The notes beneath the pieces are model-generated. The model saw nothing but the letters and a program-made list of their open reading frames with translations, was not told the origin of the DNA and searched no databases. Position numbers and translations under genes: made by a program. Positions 1 to 13,570 of a stretch of 64,000 bases of DNA are shown piece by piece (positions within the stretch are counted from its first letter, which is position 1; each line of letters opens with the position of its first letter). Source of the stretch: Antedon mediterranea (taxonomy: Eukaryota > Animalia > Echinodermata); NCBI RefSeq assembly GCF_964355755.1, contig NC_092676.1, forward strand, positions 11,013,888 to 11,077,887, given 5' to 3'.

Positions 1-659
1 TTCTCGAATTCTAAGGAATTCAGCCAAGTCAAGCTAGCCGAGGCTAAGTTGCTCTTTATTTATAAAGATACGTTGCAATTCGTTGTCTTTGTTTACTTGT
101 AAACAAGGCAGAAATACCGATATATATATATCGTTTTAATTTGACTTGATACGTTGAAAACACGAGCCAGAAATATTTTTCTTCACCGGAAGTTCACCGG
201 CAGATTGTGTAGGCAACAACAGAACCAGTCAGGCGTATCACCATAACAAAGACTAGTTACGCTGGGTTAGTAGGCTGCTAGACGGTATTTGTGTGTCTGT
301 TAGACAGGTGTTTTGCCCGCCAATATGCCAAAACAAGAGTGCGTTCAGTGCAGGGGCCCGCGTTCAAGTGTGAAGTAGGATCGCCACATGCGATGCATTA
401 ACTGCCGTACGTGTAACGTTTGTGCTGGACTCCAGAAAATGGCTACAGCATCGAATTCATGACCCCCCGGTGAGCGGGGGCGCTCAATCGACAAGAATAT
501 CACCAGAGCCTTTAAAGAAATGTGCGCTCCTGGACGGCCTCACTTCTCTGATTCAGAAAGGAGCAGTAGAACCAGTCGACGAACGATGTGCCATATCGGG
601 ACAGAAGTCGACCATCTTCCTCACAGAAAAAAAGACACGCGATTGGCGACCTATCTTAA

Positions 660-2227
660 AGGGGGATTCTGGGTTTAAAATTGCTTTTAAATATCGTTTA
701 TTTATTAAATAAAAAATATTATAACAATATAGACATGTCAGAATGAAGAAGTAATAACGAGAAATTAAAAAAAATTAAATTTCATATACATTTTAGGGTA
801 AATTCATGAAAAATCTGTTTTTCAGCAGCTTAGGGAAGCTCATTAATATTCATGAGATATTCACAAAATCACGTCATCAGTGGATTCCAAACTCGCGACG
901 TCAAGCTTGTACGTTGTGTTCTCTCTCTCCTCTGTCAAACGACGACCACCCGATCATTGTGAAATACATTTTTTGTAGATTTGCTAGCTAATTTAGTACA
1001 GATTACGGAGTCATAAATTATACTATTTTTATACCTCGAATTAATAATAATAGTACAGATCGTATATCGGCTTCACGTACTAGGCTAGGCCTAGCCTAAA
1101 TCATTTTATTCATGCCGGGGTGAGAGCCATTTCTGACTAGAGATTCCATGCCACGATAGCTACGTTAAAACATTGGGGCCATCATTCATGGGCCTAGCTA
1201 TATAGCCTATTACTAAACGATTGGCCCATAAATAACAAAACTCAGTGGATTCCAAACCCATCCTATCAACCAAACTCCTAAACAATCTAAACCTAAAACG
1301 TTCTACAAAAATCGGCTGTAAATATTGAGGCAAAACAAGGTCCGATCGCCGTCGTCCGCACGTATGGTGTCCCGATCGTCTAATAAGTAGGCCTAGTTTA
1401 CTCTAAAAAAAAGCGGATACTGCATCAAGCAAGTAGACCGGTAGTAGGAAGGAGACCTAGCCTAGCCTAGCCGATCCGACCCAGTTAAAAATTGAGCTAG
1501 CTAGTGTAGTAGACCCTATGCGAATTGATACTACCAGGCCTTTTACTTAGGCTACACTTGTTAAAATTAGCAATACTGTACTTATGTTTACAAATATTCC
1601 AACTCTCTCATTCGAGCTATATTATCTATACCATTCCGGTAGGTTGAGTCAACCTTCAATCAAATACTGTACATCGTTCATGTTGTGATTATAGACGGGG
1701 TATACTCGACCCGACCAGTTTGGTATTGTATACTGTATCTGCTTATCACGTGACGATGCCAGGCATGGGCAGAGAGAGCACGTGTATCGTCGTCTCGCTC
1801 TCCTCGCTCAGCAGGAATGTATACGTTACGCTTCATTGATTTTTAAGGCTTTCCCTAAAGTCAGTGCGAAAATCGGCAAACGTAAAGTGCAAACTTATCT
1901 AATTTTTCACTGTTTTGATGGATTTTCATAGAAAATTGACTTTATAAATGGGAAGACCGACTAAAATTACATCAGATAAGTATAATTTTACAAAAGTAAT
2001 TGATATGGTTAATGATAACGAGTCGTCGGAAGATTGACCATTTCACGAATTTCCTATTCTGTAACCACAGTGTGATTTTGCCGTAGCTGCACTTGTAATC
2101 TGGCCTCATTTCACAGCCTTCGTTCTGCTTCACTGGGCGCTTATATAAATTGAAACTTTTACCGTTCAAGAGACAAACAAATATATTTTACATTTTTTAC
2201 TATTCATTTTAAACCCGGAACCCCCCT
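660..2227. mobile_element. Non-autonomous TTAA-targeting DNA transposon (Kolobok-like)
   Basis: TIR AGGGGGATTCTGGGTTTAAAA / TTTTAAACCCGGAACCCCCCT, with TTAA at 656-659 and 2228-2231. Removal restores the DIRS RT frame DWRPILNLRSLNK. Purine (AG) termini favour Kolobok over piggyBac. Confidence 0.85.
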
Positions 2228-2231
2228 TTAA

Positions 2232-3045
2232 ACCTGAGGAGTTTAAACAAGCGGCTCCAGAGGTTCCGGATGGAGACTCTCATCCATCCTACTGGGGCTA
2301 AGACGAGGAGACTGGGCAGCCTCGATAGATCTGAAAGACGCTTACTAAGAGTGTTCATGTATCTCGACGATTGGTTGGTCGTGGCCCAGTCCAGGGACAG
2401 ACTGATGAGCAGTCTGCAATATGTCCTTCTCGTTACAGAACAGGCAGGTTTCTATGTCAAAAGTCGTGTCAGTGCCGACTCAATCCCCGATATACCTCGG
2501 AGCACAGATAAATCTTGTGACAGGCTTGGCGTGTCCATCCTAACAACGCATAGTGTCTGCAATGAGTGCAGTACGCAATCTAATATCTGCTCGTGCTCCG
2601 ACGGCTTACGAATGGCTCAGAGCACTGGGTTGTTTTAGTTCCATATTGCCGGCTGCACCTGCTGGCTTATTACCGACCGCAAATAGACTCCCTACACAAA
2701 GAGGTCTCGTCGAATGCATTCATTCAGACGCATCTCAAATGGTGGCTGGTGGAAGGCAGGTTGACTGTGGGAATGCCAATTCAAAAATCTTTACCGGACG
2801 TCCGTATAGATACAGACGCAACCGAGACAGGCTGGGGCCGTTGCTCCAAGGCACTTCGCGCATCCAGCGTTTGGACGGTCGAGGAGGCACGCTCCCACAT
2901 CAACCTCCTAGAACTCTGGGCAGTCGAAAGAACCCTGAAGGCCCTTCGACCTCACGTGACCGGTCGTCTTGTCCTTATCCATTCCGACAATTCAACGGTG
3001 GTAGCATATATAAATCGTCGAGGGGAACGAAGTCCCCGACGTTAA
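2232..3045 (+). pseudogene. DIRS reverse transcriptase/RNase H remnant
   Basis: YLDD in ORF 2270-2638; DIRS-type RNase H motifs in ORF 2593-3045. Confidence 0.85.
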
Positions 3046-3218
3046 ATGTTTTCACCTGTGGACACTGACGTTGTGGTGCATAGACAACAACATCACACTC
3101 TCGGCTGCCCACAGCGACCTGCTCTACAATCATCCCCTGCGTTTTTCAGTTCGAGAGGATCTACTGACGCAGGGCCAAGCTCTGTTCTCTCTACAGGACC
3201 TACAATCCCTGTGCCTGT

Positions 3219-4081
3219 ATGGCCATTGTCAGGGATCAGCTCCGAGACTCAGGCATTCTGGATGGCCCTGCCGCCCTCGTGGCGAAATCTCATCGGGAAT
3301 CTACTCTTACCGTCTACAATAGCCAATTAAAGCATTTCTTTACATGGTGCAGGCGCCAACAAAAAGAGCCAGGGTCGGTTACCCTCGGTCAAGTATGCGC
3401 CTTCCTGCATTACCTATTTGAGTCAGGTCTTCAGGTCCGCACCATTTCAGGCTATAGGTCTGCCATTGGGGCAGTGACACCAACACTTAAAGACGGTTCT
3501 ACTATGTCGTCATCCCCCGTTATCACTCAGCTGATACGAGGAATGTTCAGAGAACGACTTCCAGTCAAGGTCTTGATTCCTCAATGGGATGTTAACGTCG
3601 TCCTAGCCGCTCTTACACGCCCCCCCATTCGAGCCGATGAGTAAGGCTACTCTTTATAACCTCTCGCTGAAAACGGCGTTCCTGCTCGCATTATCATCTT
3701 GCAAACGCTGAGGCGAGTTGCAAGCTCTTTACCTTAGAACCAGGTCATGTGAGGTTTGAGCGGGGCTGCGTGAAGCTAGTGTTTAGGAAAGATTTTCTGG
3801 CCAAGACACAGACCTTAAAATATTCGCCGCCGGCTGTGTTTGTCCCCACCATCACATCTTTTTAGGCGGTTGACGGAGACAAACTTTGGTGCCCAGTGAG
3901 GGCCCTCAAGTGGTATATCCACTGCACTAAGACAATTAGAGACGGAGTGTCTCACCTTTTTGCCGCTTCTGTTCCTCCGCACCACGCTTCCGCTAAGTCG
4001 ACCATTGCGAAATGGATCGTATCAACTATTCAAAACCCTTACACTTCCTCAGACACACCGCCACCAGACAAGAGGTCTTGA
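3219..4081 (+). pseudogene. DIRS tyrosine recombinase remnant
   Basis: N-terminal YR-like domain (STLTVYNSQLKHFFTWC, GLQVRTISGYRSAI, WDVNVVL) and downstream CPVRALKWY; interrupted. Confidence 0.8.
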
Positions 4082-5900
4082 GAAATGATGACGGTATTAC
4101 GTGGGAGTGGTCCCATGAGAGGGTGCTATAGCGGACTGTCCCATTTATCATGGAGGTGAGCTACCGCAAAATTCTTCTTTTCGTAATTGTTTCGCACTTC
4201 GTGGAAAAGGGCTTATGTCGGGTTTATCCAGGTAAGCGGCACTCATAAACTACCAACACCATTTCTGGTTTGTGTAACCAAAGACAATAAAAAAAAAAAG
4301 CAGAAAAATAGCACGAGTAACTGCTAGTATTTGTATAATATATTAGGGCAGCGTTCTTCAACCTCCTTTTCTGACCCAACATTGCGTATTTGAGCTTACA
4401 GTACAACCCCCTGCCACCCCCAACAACCCCCCCCCCCCCCTGTGGCAAAGCGAATTTTGTCAAATCCTGATTATATCATTCCATGATCAACTTCATTCAT
4501 TCACTGTTGAGATCAAGAGCAGACTGTAATCGAAATCAAGATCGATATATCCTTGGGCTAGAATATCAAGATAGGAACGCAGGAAAGCTTGTCGAGCGCA
4601 TAAAGACATCGTATATTTGCGCTATATAAATCTATCTATTATTATCATTATTATGGTTAGTGATTTGATTTGATTTGATCCAGATTGAAAACGAACTGCC
4701 TGTACACAGATATCTAGATGTGCTAACCATCGAGTGTGTAACAGTAAACAGTCTTTACAGTTATATTAACTTTCAAAATGACATATTCTGTCAAAGTAAT
4801 TATTACTGACAAGAAATATCATTATGCTATAAATAGTAGTACATCACTTTCAGTATGTACTTAAGCATGTACAAGTTTTTTGTATGTTCTAATCACTCCC
4901 TCTCGTTTATAATTTTGTATTCATTATAGTTTCAGAAATAGAAGTGTCTTTTTCTCAAAGCAAACCTTCTATTAGTATTAAATTATAAAGAAAATTAAAT
5001 TTGAGCCTTCTCAAATAAGAATCCTACTTCACACACCATTACTAATAATAGATTATCGGTTATATGCATCAACAATCTCTGCGTTTGTTACGGCGGAACA
5101 GCACGCGCACCACAGATATCAAATTGATACGCCCTCATCTTTCTTATATAAAATATAAAATTTCATGACAAAAACAGTTTGAATAAATGTTTACAGTGGT
5201 GAATTGTACCTATTTTGTTTTTTTAATTTTTTTTATTTACGGAATGCACTGTATAAATTATATACAGTGAGCAAAAAAGAAATTACAAGATTCATCTTTT
5301 ATTCACATTTTTAACATGATGATATTAAAATGAAACAATAAAAATAAAAATTGAAAAAATGCATATTTTTTTTGCGTAGCGTGCTATTTTTAACATTAAC
5401 ACAAAATTGCTCAATATATGAAGTGTACTTTTGGAAAGTTTCATTGAAAAATATTTTTGATCAACCTTTAAATTTCATAAAATCGCGCGTAACTTAATCT
5501 GCTCCACTTTGAAGTCATATAACAAAGATACAAGATCAAAGGATGTATTAAAATTGAATAAACCCAAAACAGAATATAAAAAAAAAAGTTTTTCATATCA
5601 TGGTGCTAGTTTATGGAATACTCTAAAAAAAACATTTCAAAATGCCACAAATTTAAATACTTTCAAAAAATTATTGGTGTGATTTATTATTTATTTTGTA
5701 CTCTTATCACAAATGTAATTAAGGTTTCTGTTCATATATTTTTGTTCTCTAATTTGTTATTTTTAAAATTTGTTATTTTTAAAATTTGTTATTTTTAAAT
5801 GTGTAATGTATTTACTGTTAGTTGATCACGGCCTTGTAGAAGAACATCTTTATGGTAACACAAGCTTTTCCGTGTTAAAATAAAGTATTTATTATTATTA

Positions 5901-7497
5901 TTAGGTGATCATTTAGAATAAAATGATCACCTATTGTTATTGTACAAAATCTTTATTATTATTATTGTTATTATTCTTCTTTCTGTACACTTTTGTTTAG
6001 CAATTATCTCAAAAAGTTGAATAACAATGATCACAAAAATTTCACAATGTCTTTCAAATACTTTAACTTAGCCATAATAATCTTTTCAGCGTGATCACTC
6101 AACCATGACGTCACGTATACGCGATTTTGTGAAATCACATTATCAATCATATGTCCATAATTGATTATCACATATTTATGAAATTCACTACACGTAAATT
6201 TCAGATCAAGGTAAAAAATATTAGCAAATAAAAACTCGCGCTTCTCAAGGTCATGCACGTGAAATCGCGCGTAAAGATTTTAAAAAGCTCAAAATTAGGT
6301 TTTGATCAATTTAGAGTATGAATTAGGCCAATTGCGTGTTTAAAAAAATTACTGCGCAAAAATACGTTTTTGCGCACGCAATCCTTAAAAAGCGTAAAAA
6401 ATAAAATGTGATGTATACATCACATTCTACACACAATCCTTAGTACATTCTCCGATTTTGAGTCCAGTCCGACTTAAAATAACGGTATACGAGCACGTTA
6501 AACATGACAAAATGCGCACATTAATTGTACAAAAGTGCTAAAAATGGTAAAAAGTAGGGCCCTTTTAAAATGAATATAACTCTTCAGAATGGAAGATGAC
6601 CCCCAATTTTTTTAACTTAATATGGAAGCCAATGAGTTGTAGATATAAATGTATATACACATTAGACGTACAAAATGGTATGACGTCATCAAATGGCCAC
6701 TTGAATTTAAAAATTATTAATTTTTATCTTTTTGTGTGGGTTATCACATTCAATAGAGCGCATCTCCGTTATTTGAACCCAATTTTAGCTCAACTTTTAG
6801 TATGTGCTTGCTCAATTAATTATCTTTCTCATGAGTTGTCAACATTTTCATTTTGATGACGTCATCATGCGTAAAAACTTGAATAACCTAGGTCGTGTAT
6901 TTTCAGCTACACCATACATTTGAATATCTTACAGCTCTTCAGAATTAAAGGTGACCTTGAAGATTATAACTTATTATGAAAGCTGATAAAATGTAGATAT
7001 GAATTCATATAAAAATTAAGCCTATCGGATGTTGTGACGTTATCTTATGGCCAGTTGAAGTTAAAAAGTAGTTTTTAAATTTCTTTAGTTGAAGTTATAC
7101 AAATTTCAAAGAGCGCGCATTGCGCTTCTACGTGTCAAATTCTCTTCCAATCCTTATATTTATTTGCTCAATTCATTATCTTTCGAAATTTTCATCTTTG
7201 AGTTTATTTTGATAATTCCATCATACCAAAAATTTAGAACACGATGTGGGTCCCGTAATTTCACCTATGCTACACTGTATATAGATATACAGTATATACT
7301 GTACATATTGTATATGAAACATAATAGGTACAACTCAACTCAGTGCTATAAGTGTATATGCAACATGTCATAGGATGGCGTACATCAACTTTTTACGATC
7401 GTATGTTAACGTACGTGCATGTTTAAAAAATGTTAATTTCATTAAAATAATAAAAATGATCACCTATAATTCGTCAAAGTGACGAATTAAATTCTAG
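5901..7497 (+). mobile_element. Helentron/DINE-like non-autonomous rolling-circle element, copy 1
   Basis: 5' palindromic subterminal repeat TAGGTGATCATTT..AAATGATCACCTA and a TTA microsatellite. 3' AAATGATCACCTA followed by hairpin AATTCGTCA-AAG-TGACGAATT and CTAG end. Related copy at 58695-60208. Confidence 0.75.
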
Positions 7498-8034
7498 TTA
7501 TTATTATTCCTGCACATCTACAGTTAGATGTCAATTTTCTGACAAAGTTAACAATGTTAGGTTGAGTTAGCGATACAGCTGCAACAAAATTCGTGGAAAG
7601 AAAGTAGAATAAGATAGAAGAAAAAAAAGATCCTGACAATAACAAGGGGTTATCCGCAAATTGCAGATAGCCAAAAATCCAAGTTGAAATTTAGTGTGAA
7701 ATAATAATTGTGAAATTAATCTATTTTTGTTTTTAGTTTGAATTGGCCAAGTTGCTTAATACTTGCATGTGCATGATAGTCTTGCAGTTAGGGTCCCCTT
7801 CAACTAGTTGGATAATACTACTTTTACTGCCAAACAGAGATATTCGTGTTTAGAAACATCGCTTGACTGCCGGTGGATATTTTCTTATTGTGGTGTCTTT
7901 CACAAAATTGTGAATATCTCGACTTTCATGCACGAAATTACGGAAAACTCAAAAAGTGAAACCATTTTCTATGTCTTGAAATCTGTCATTTGATCTTTAA
8001 TGATTTTAATAATCAAAACTAAGCTATGTTCGCT

Positions 8035-9679
8035 CATGGATTAAAGAATAGAAGGATATGCATCGACGTGAGATCAAGGGTTCCTTGACTCTCGCCGACA
8101 GACCGCGGACCGCCCACAATGTTACAGTTTAATTAACCGCATGGTAACAACGAAACGGTCGCGTGCCTAATATATTGTTTACTGCACATGTGCAACGACA
8201 TTTAACCTTGTTGTTGACTACGCTTCTTTCGCGCGTTCTTTGTTGCACTGTATGTATTCATACATATTTGAACAGTATAATCAGTGGCGTAACGGCTATG
8301 TGCGCTCACTGGCTAAACCGAAGCTTGGGGCCCATGAGCAGTGCCCAGAGGAACAGGCATAAAATATGTCGAAAATGCTAAAAACGTCCGAGGCCTCGAT
8401 CTTTGAAACTTGGAGGGCCACTTAGGTTTCCTAAGTGGCTTCAGGCCTCTGCCTCACGCCACTGAGTATAATTTTTATTGAAAACAGTTATTAAATTACA
8501 TTGTATGTTATTGTGAAGACCCTAGTGTAGGCCTACTACATCAATATACCAGATAAAAACAATACTATATTGTTATTGGCTTAGAATTGTAGATGCTATA
8601 ATTGTAATTAGTATAGGTTTCTGCCGCGATTGATCTACGCTAATGTTTTTATGACATTAAAGTAGCATTTTATGACCTGTAGTAGCCCTACATCTGAGAC
8701 AATAACTATTTATTTGTTGTCTCAGCCTACATACATGTAAAATTATAAAATCAGCAAGGATACTAGGCCTAGGCCTTCTAGGCTTACTAGTAACCTATAT
8801 GATTTGCCGACATTGATACTGCCTAGTAGGCCTAGGCTAATCTTAAGTGTAGTAGATACAACGTGTAATCATGATCTATATACTCACCGTTGTCTTACTT
8901 CTTGTGTGAATAATAATAGGTACTTTGTTTGTTCGTGATTAAGTTTGCCCTGCGTGTACTTTTCAAAACGACCGCTAGGTAACGAATCTAAACTATACAT
9001 AGCCAGCCAATCCCGGATCAGGGATCGCTGTTTTCATTCAATTAGACCCGGTGATTGGATGTGATGTGGATGACGTAACCACTAGCCAATCACCAGGCAC
9101 TACAATTTAAATATAATCACATCGATAATTAAGGAGATTTATGAAGAAACCACTGCTTAATAGCCATATATTAAAAACACGATTGTTGTATGGGTGAACA
9201 CCGGCCACGCTAACAACATACATGGTCAAGTGCATAATTTAATATTCTATAGATTAACGCAATTTTTAATGACAGAAGATGGCAGGCAAATAATGATAAT
9301 TCAAATATAAAAATTGCATATTTTATTACTATTACCAACTACTTAAAATTACCAGTCGTAAGAAAGTGAACTTTTCGTAGTCCGATTGTGATGAAACTAA
9401 AACAGAATTATTCAGCAATATATTTTGTTGTCAATTAATCATCGACGCAGACATGTCAATAGAACATTCAGACTGCGCATACGATTTCTACATGGTTACG
9501 TTTTGGTCTCAAGAAATGTAACAGTTGATTCGCAGCGTTTTAGAGAGGGCCGCGGTTAGAGACACGGAGTTCAATGAGCGTGTTTGTTTGATTGGCAGCA
9601 GTGCTTTAGTATAGGCAAGCGCGTTGTAAAATCGTTTGATGTCACCGTCGATGCATATCCTTCTATTCTTTAATCCATG
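8035..9679. mobile_element. Non-autonomous P-element-like DNA transposon
   Basis: ~34-bp TIR CATGGATTAAAGAATAGAAGGATATGCATCGACG; 7-bp TSD GTTCGCT (8028-8034, 9680-9686). Confidence 0.75.
8282..8464. mobile_element. hAT-like MITE nested in the P-like element
   Basis: TIR CAGTGGCGT/ACGCCACTG; 8-bp TSD AGTATAAT (8274-8281, 8465-8472). Confidence 0.8.
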
Positions 9680-11162
9680 GTTCGCTGTATTCTTATCTTA
9701 GTCTAATTTACCTCCGCCAAGGAAGTATATGTAGTCGATTGTGTGTATTTGTTTGTTAGCAGGATTACTCAAAAAGTAATTGCATAATCTTTACCAAAAT
9801 GAAAATACAGATACATATCTGTCAAGGACCATTCCATTAAATTTTGGAGGCAATCTGGACCAGTGTCCCAATTCTTTTCAATTTTCAAAAGCCGGTGAGC
9901 AGTCTCAAAGTAACAAGTAAACTGAAATTTCTTTTCAAATTCACCTGTTTGTTTTTGGCGTTGTTGGTCTATTGTTAGTCAACTGAAACTATATTGTTAG
10001 TTGAAAGACTGGTTACATAACCATTACACCAAATTCGCATACACATTTTTGTAGTGAAATTAGCTTAATCACACATAGCATTAAGACACAACAGTTAAAA
10101 AAATTTGTTTTTTTCCGGTGAAATATCATGTAGGAGAATATATAGGTTTACAGCAATGAAACATTCAATAAACAATTTGTTTTGTTAAAATAAAATACAA
10201 TATAATGTACTGTAACTAAAAAATAACCACTCAAATAAATAAAACCCTGCACAAATGTGTAAGTCCTTGTTCGATCCCTTACTTTTACCTAATAATTATA
10301 TTGTTATCACAATTATTAATTTGCTTGAAATTGGTTGTTTTTATTTTCCTCTCTGCATGTTTACCTACCTGTCTGTCTGATTCAACCTTCACCTGCACAT
10401 CTTCTTTATGGCTGTTATCCGGTCTTCTTCCCTTGTGGTAGGTACCTTCATATAATATATATTCCAAGGAACCAGTATAGTTTATGGTACATCCAATTTT
10501 TTTAGTTGCATGAAATTAAAAGGCATAACATATATTAGATTGTCTCAAATGTTTACATCTCGTAAATTCCAAATTTGCAAAATACTGTTTGGAGCAACGA
10601 TAAATATACATTTTTTACTACAGAAAACAAACAATTCAATAAAATCGTTTTTTTAACTTTCTTTTATATGAGTATGGTAACATTAACACTGTTAAAAACC
10701 TTGGAAAAAACATTATCCCCTGCTCTCTGTCAGTATTGAAAGCATTATCTTGAGACATTAAGGATATAATGTCTCCTGAAAAAAAATGTTTTTGTTGAAT
10801 ATGCCATTTTAATGTCATCTAATGCCTATTAGATGGCCCTTTATTTTGCACGTTTTTTTGGTTAGCATTATGTTAAATGTAACCAAATTTAAGAAAAAAA
10901 CAGTGACAAATTGCAATGTACTTTCAACTGATACTACTGTAAAAAGGCAAGAAAATGATGTCACCGGTTAAATTGTATTTGAATAATGATTTATTATGGA
11001 CTAGAAAGTTCACTGCAGATATTGTCTGTGAATAAACACCTTGCACAGATACAGATATCTAGAATAATCTTTACATATGAACTTTGCACGAAACTTCAGT
11101 TAATTGTGCAACAAAATGCTATATATGAGTGCAATTTATCATTTTTTTGTTGTGTTTTATAG

Positions 11163-11847
11163 CACGTCACCCATGTTCTTCCGAAACAGCGCAGGAAACC
11201 AACTACATCAACAGGCTCACCAAAAACTTCAAGGCCTTTATCGGATGGTGATATTCAAGAAGATATTTATACACGTTCAAAAACACCTTTACCAACTCCA
11301 GAAGAAATAGCTCGACAAAATGTACTGCCATCAGCTGTTGTCAGCATTGATGTCACAGGATGTAGCTTTCAGCGGATGTCCAGCCTTCGTAGGTTTGATT
11401 CAAAGAAAAATAAAAGATCTAGCCTACGAAGGCGGACAATCGGAGGTACAGCTGCACCATCAATTGACCAGTACAGTGCTTTGCCAATTGTCGGCCTAGA
11501 TTTAAATCAAGATAATTTATCAAAGACTCAAAGCTTAGATAGAAGTTTAATTCTAAGGCGACAATCCTTCAATGATGGACAGTATGCTATTGTTCAGCCA
11601 ATTGGAACGAGGAAACGACCCTTTTCGCTACGTTTACAAAAACGTCCAAAATCACTTGGAAAATATGAAGTAGTTCCTGAAGGAAAGCATGTCGATTTTC
11701 ATGGAAATGGAACAAGTACTGTAGTCAGACGAAGTAATAAACGTGAAGAAGGTACCCGGAAAGGAATCCGAGTAACTATGCCTGATCATCATGAAACACC
11801 TACAAGTTGTCAAAGCTGTGAAACCCTACCTCCTTACAATTCAGCAG
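11163..11847 (+). CDS. NHS/NHSL family (Nance-Horan syndrome-like actin regulator), internal exon
   Basis: AG acceptor at 11161-62. Frame contains PLPTPEEIARQ..VVSIDVTGCSFQRMSSLRR..RRRTIGG, matching the NHS-family motif LPTPEE..VVPINITG..F.RQASLRR..RRKTITG. Phase-1 GT donor at 11848. Confidence 0.8.
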
Positions 11848-12110
11848 GTAATGATTTCAGAAAAATGTGTACTTTTTAATTTGAGCAGGAATGATAATCA
11901 AAAAATAGGTATTGCATTGATTCTGTTTGCAGCTTATTGCCAAACAGATAGTTAAGAACTTAATTGTTATTACAAAATAAAGATCCAGAAAGTTTTGTCT
12001 TTGCATTTCAACACTTTAATATTGTGTGTTCTTTATGTATATTAAAACAATCATTGTATACAATATATTGTATTTACTTTACTTATTTTAAATTTTGGTT
12101 TTTTTTAAAG

Positions 12111-13235
12111 ATTCATTGAATAGTGCCCTTGAAAAAGGCTGGTCCGAATCTTCACCAGTTCGTCCAAAATCTATGGAACTGGATCGAAAATATTTGCAAG
12201 TTGGAAAGATCCCAAAGTCTGCATCAGCTGAGCACATTAAAAGGAATGGTGCATATCCGCTAAATAAAACCAACTCTTCAACCATGATGGAAAATGTATC
12301 CAGATCTCCAAAAAAGAATGTTGCTGAAAACAGTTATATAACAACTCATCATTCCCATACATTAGATGCTAATGTAAAGCTAAGATCGAGTAATCGACGT
12401 CAAGATGAGAGACAATCAAGTTCAGGAAATTGGAGTGAATCAGACAGTAATAGAAATTCTCTACAATCTGATACCAATCAATCATGGATTTCGGATGCCT
12501 CTAGCTCAATGATCTCCACTTGTGACTCGGCCGTCTCTATGAATTGTCCAGAAAAGTCACAGAGTCCAGAGCATGATAGGAGTTCTTCTGATGTCAGTCA
12601 AGCATCTGATTCAACAATAACCAACAATGGGAGTCAAGAAAGATTAGACATTTCTGCTAACAAAAATATAGATAGTTCACAAACAGAAGTTAATTTGAAC
12701 ATAACACATATGGACACTGAATCTTGGCTTCAGTCAGTTGGAGTGATGCATCCTGTACTAGAGAAAGCTTTTGGAAACCAGGCACCCATGCAAAAATATG
12801 ACTATGATCCAGCTATATTGTCAGACACATGTAGTTCTTCATTAACTTCAATAGATAAATTTGAAAATTCAAGTGATATTTCTGATGATTTAGAATTTTA
12901 TTTAGGCCAGTCGGGAAGTGATGTATTTGATTCTAGCAATTCTCTTTGTTCGATTGATACTGATGGTTATTGGACATCTATGCATTCTGATTGTGGTTTA
13001 CCAAGTATGAGCCGTAGACAACCAAAATACATGCCTCCAGCTTCTATTCCAATTGGATATACTTCAGAAGAATCAGAGTCAGGTTCAAGACACTCAACTC
13101 GTACGCCTCCAAGAAGAACAAGTCCAAAGATGCGCTTAAGAAAGAAGAAGAATGGTTCTCCGGCATCTGAGAGAGGTAACAATTCTCCTAAGACACTTCC
13201 TGGTGTTGTATCTCCAAATTCAGGCACAGATAAAG
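12111..13235 (+). CDS. NHS/NHSL family, internal exon
   Basis: Poly-T/AG acceptor, phase 1 to phase 1. NHS-type motifs SSSGNWS and DGYWTSMHSDCGL. GT at 13236. Confidence 0.8.
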
Positions 13236-13570
13236 GTATTGTGATTTTTTTTGTAAATGAAAGTAAATTAGAATACTACTTATACAATCATCTGAATTCC
13301 AATAAAATGTCTGTATATTATCAGGTTAAACTTTAATTAAGAAAGAAATGATGTTGTTCATTTAGCACTTTGAAAGTGGCAAAAACATGAAATTATAATA
13401 TATGTCCAAACAGGTGGACATATAATACTCTAATTTTGAAAACATTAACATTTTATAGTTTCATAATAATGTAATTAGTGCACTTATTATACCCTATTAG
13501 GAAATTGATCGAACATTGGAATATAAACATGAAAAATGCTTAATATATACTTTGCGTTTTTTTTTTAAAG

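Larger units (their letters stand above)
300..4180 (+). mobile_element. Decayed DIRS-type (tyrosine recombinase) retrotransposon
   Basis: Cys-rich gag-like start at 325 (MPKQECVQC..HMRCINCRTCNVC). RT motifs WRPIL/NLRSLNK (split by an insertion) and MYLDDWLV. RNase H motifs TDATETGWG, HINLLELWAV, HSDNSTVVAYIN. YR region 3219-4081. Many stops and frameshifts; ends approximate. Confidence 0.85.

Noticed and set aside
660-2227. piggyBac assignment
   Set aside because: Termini are AG..CT rather than the CC..GG typical of piggyBac; no transposase.
4500-4655. Possible SINE/LINE 3' tail (GCGCTATATAAAT..TTA repeats)
   Set aside because: No recognisable tRNA head or TSD; too short to assign.
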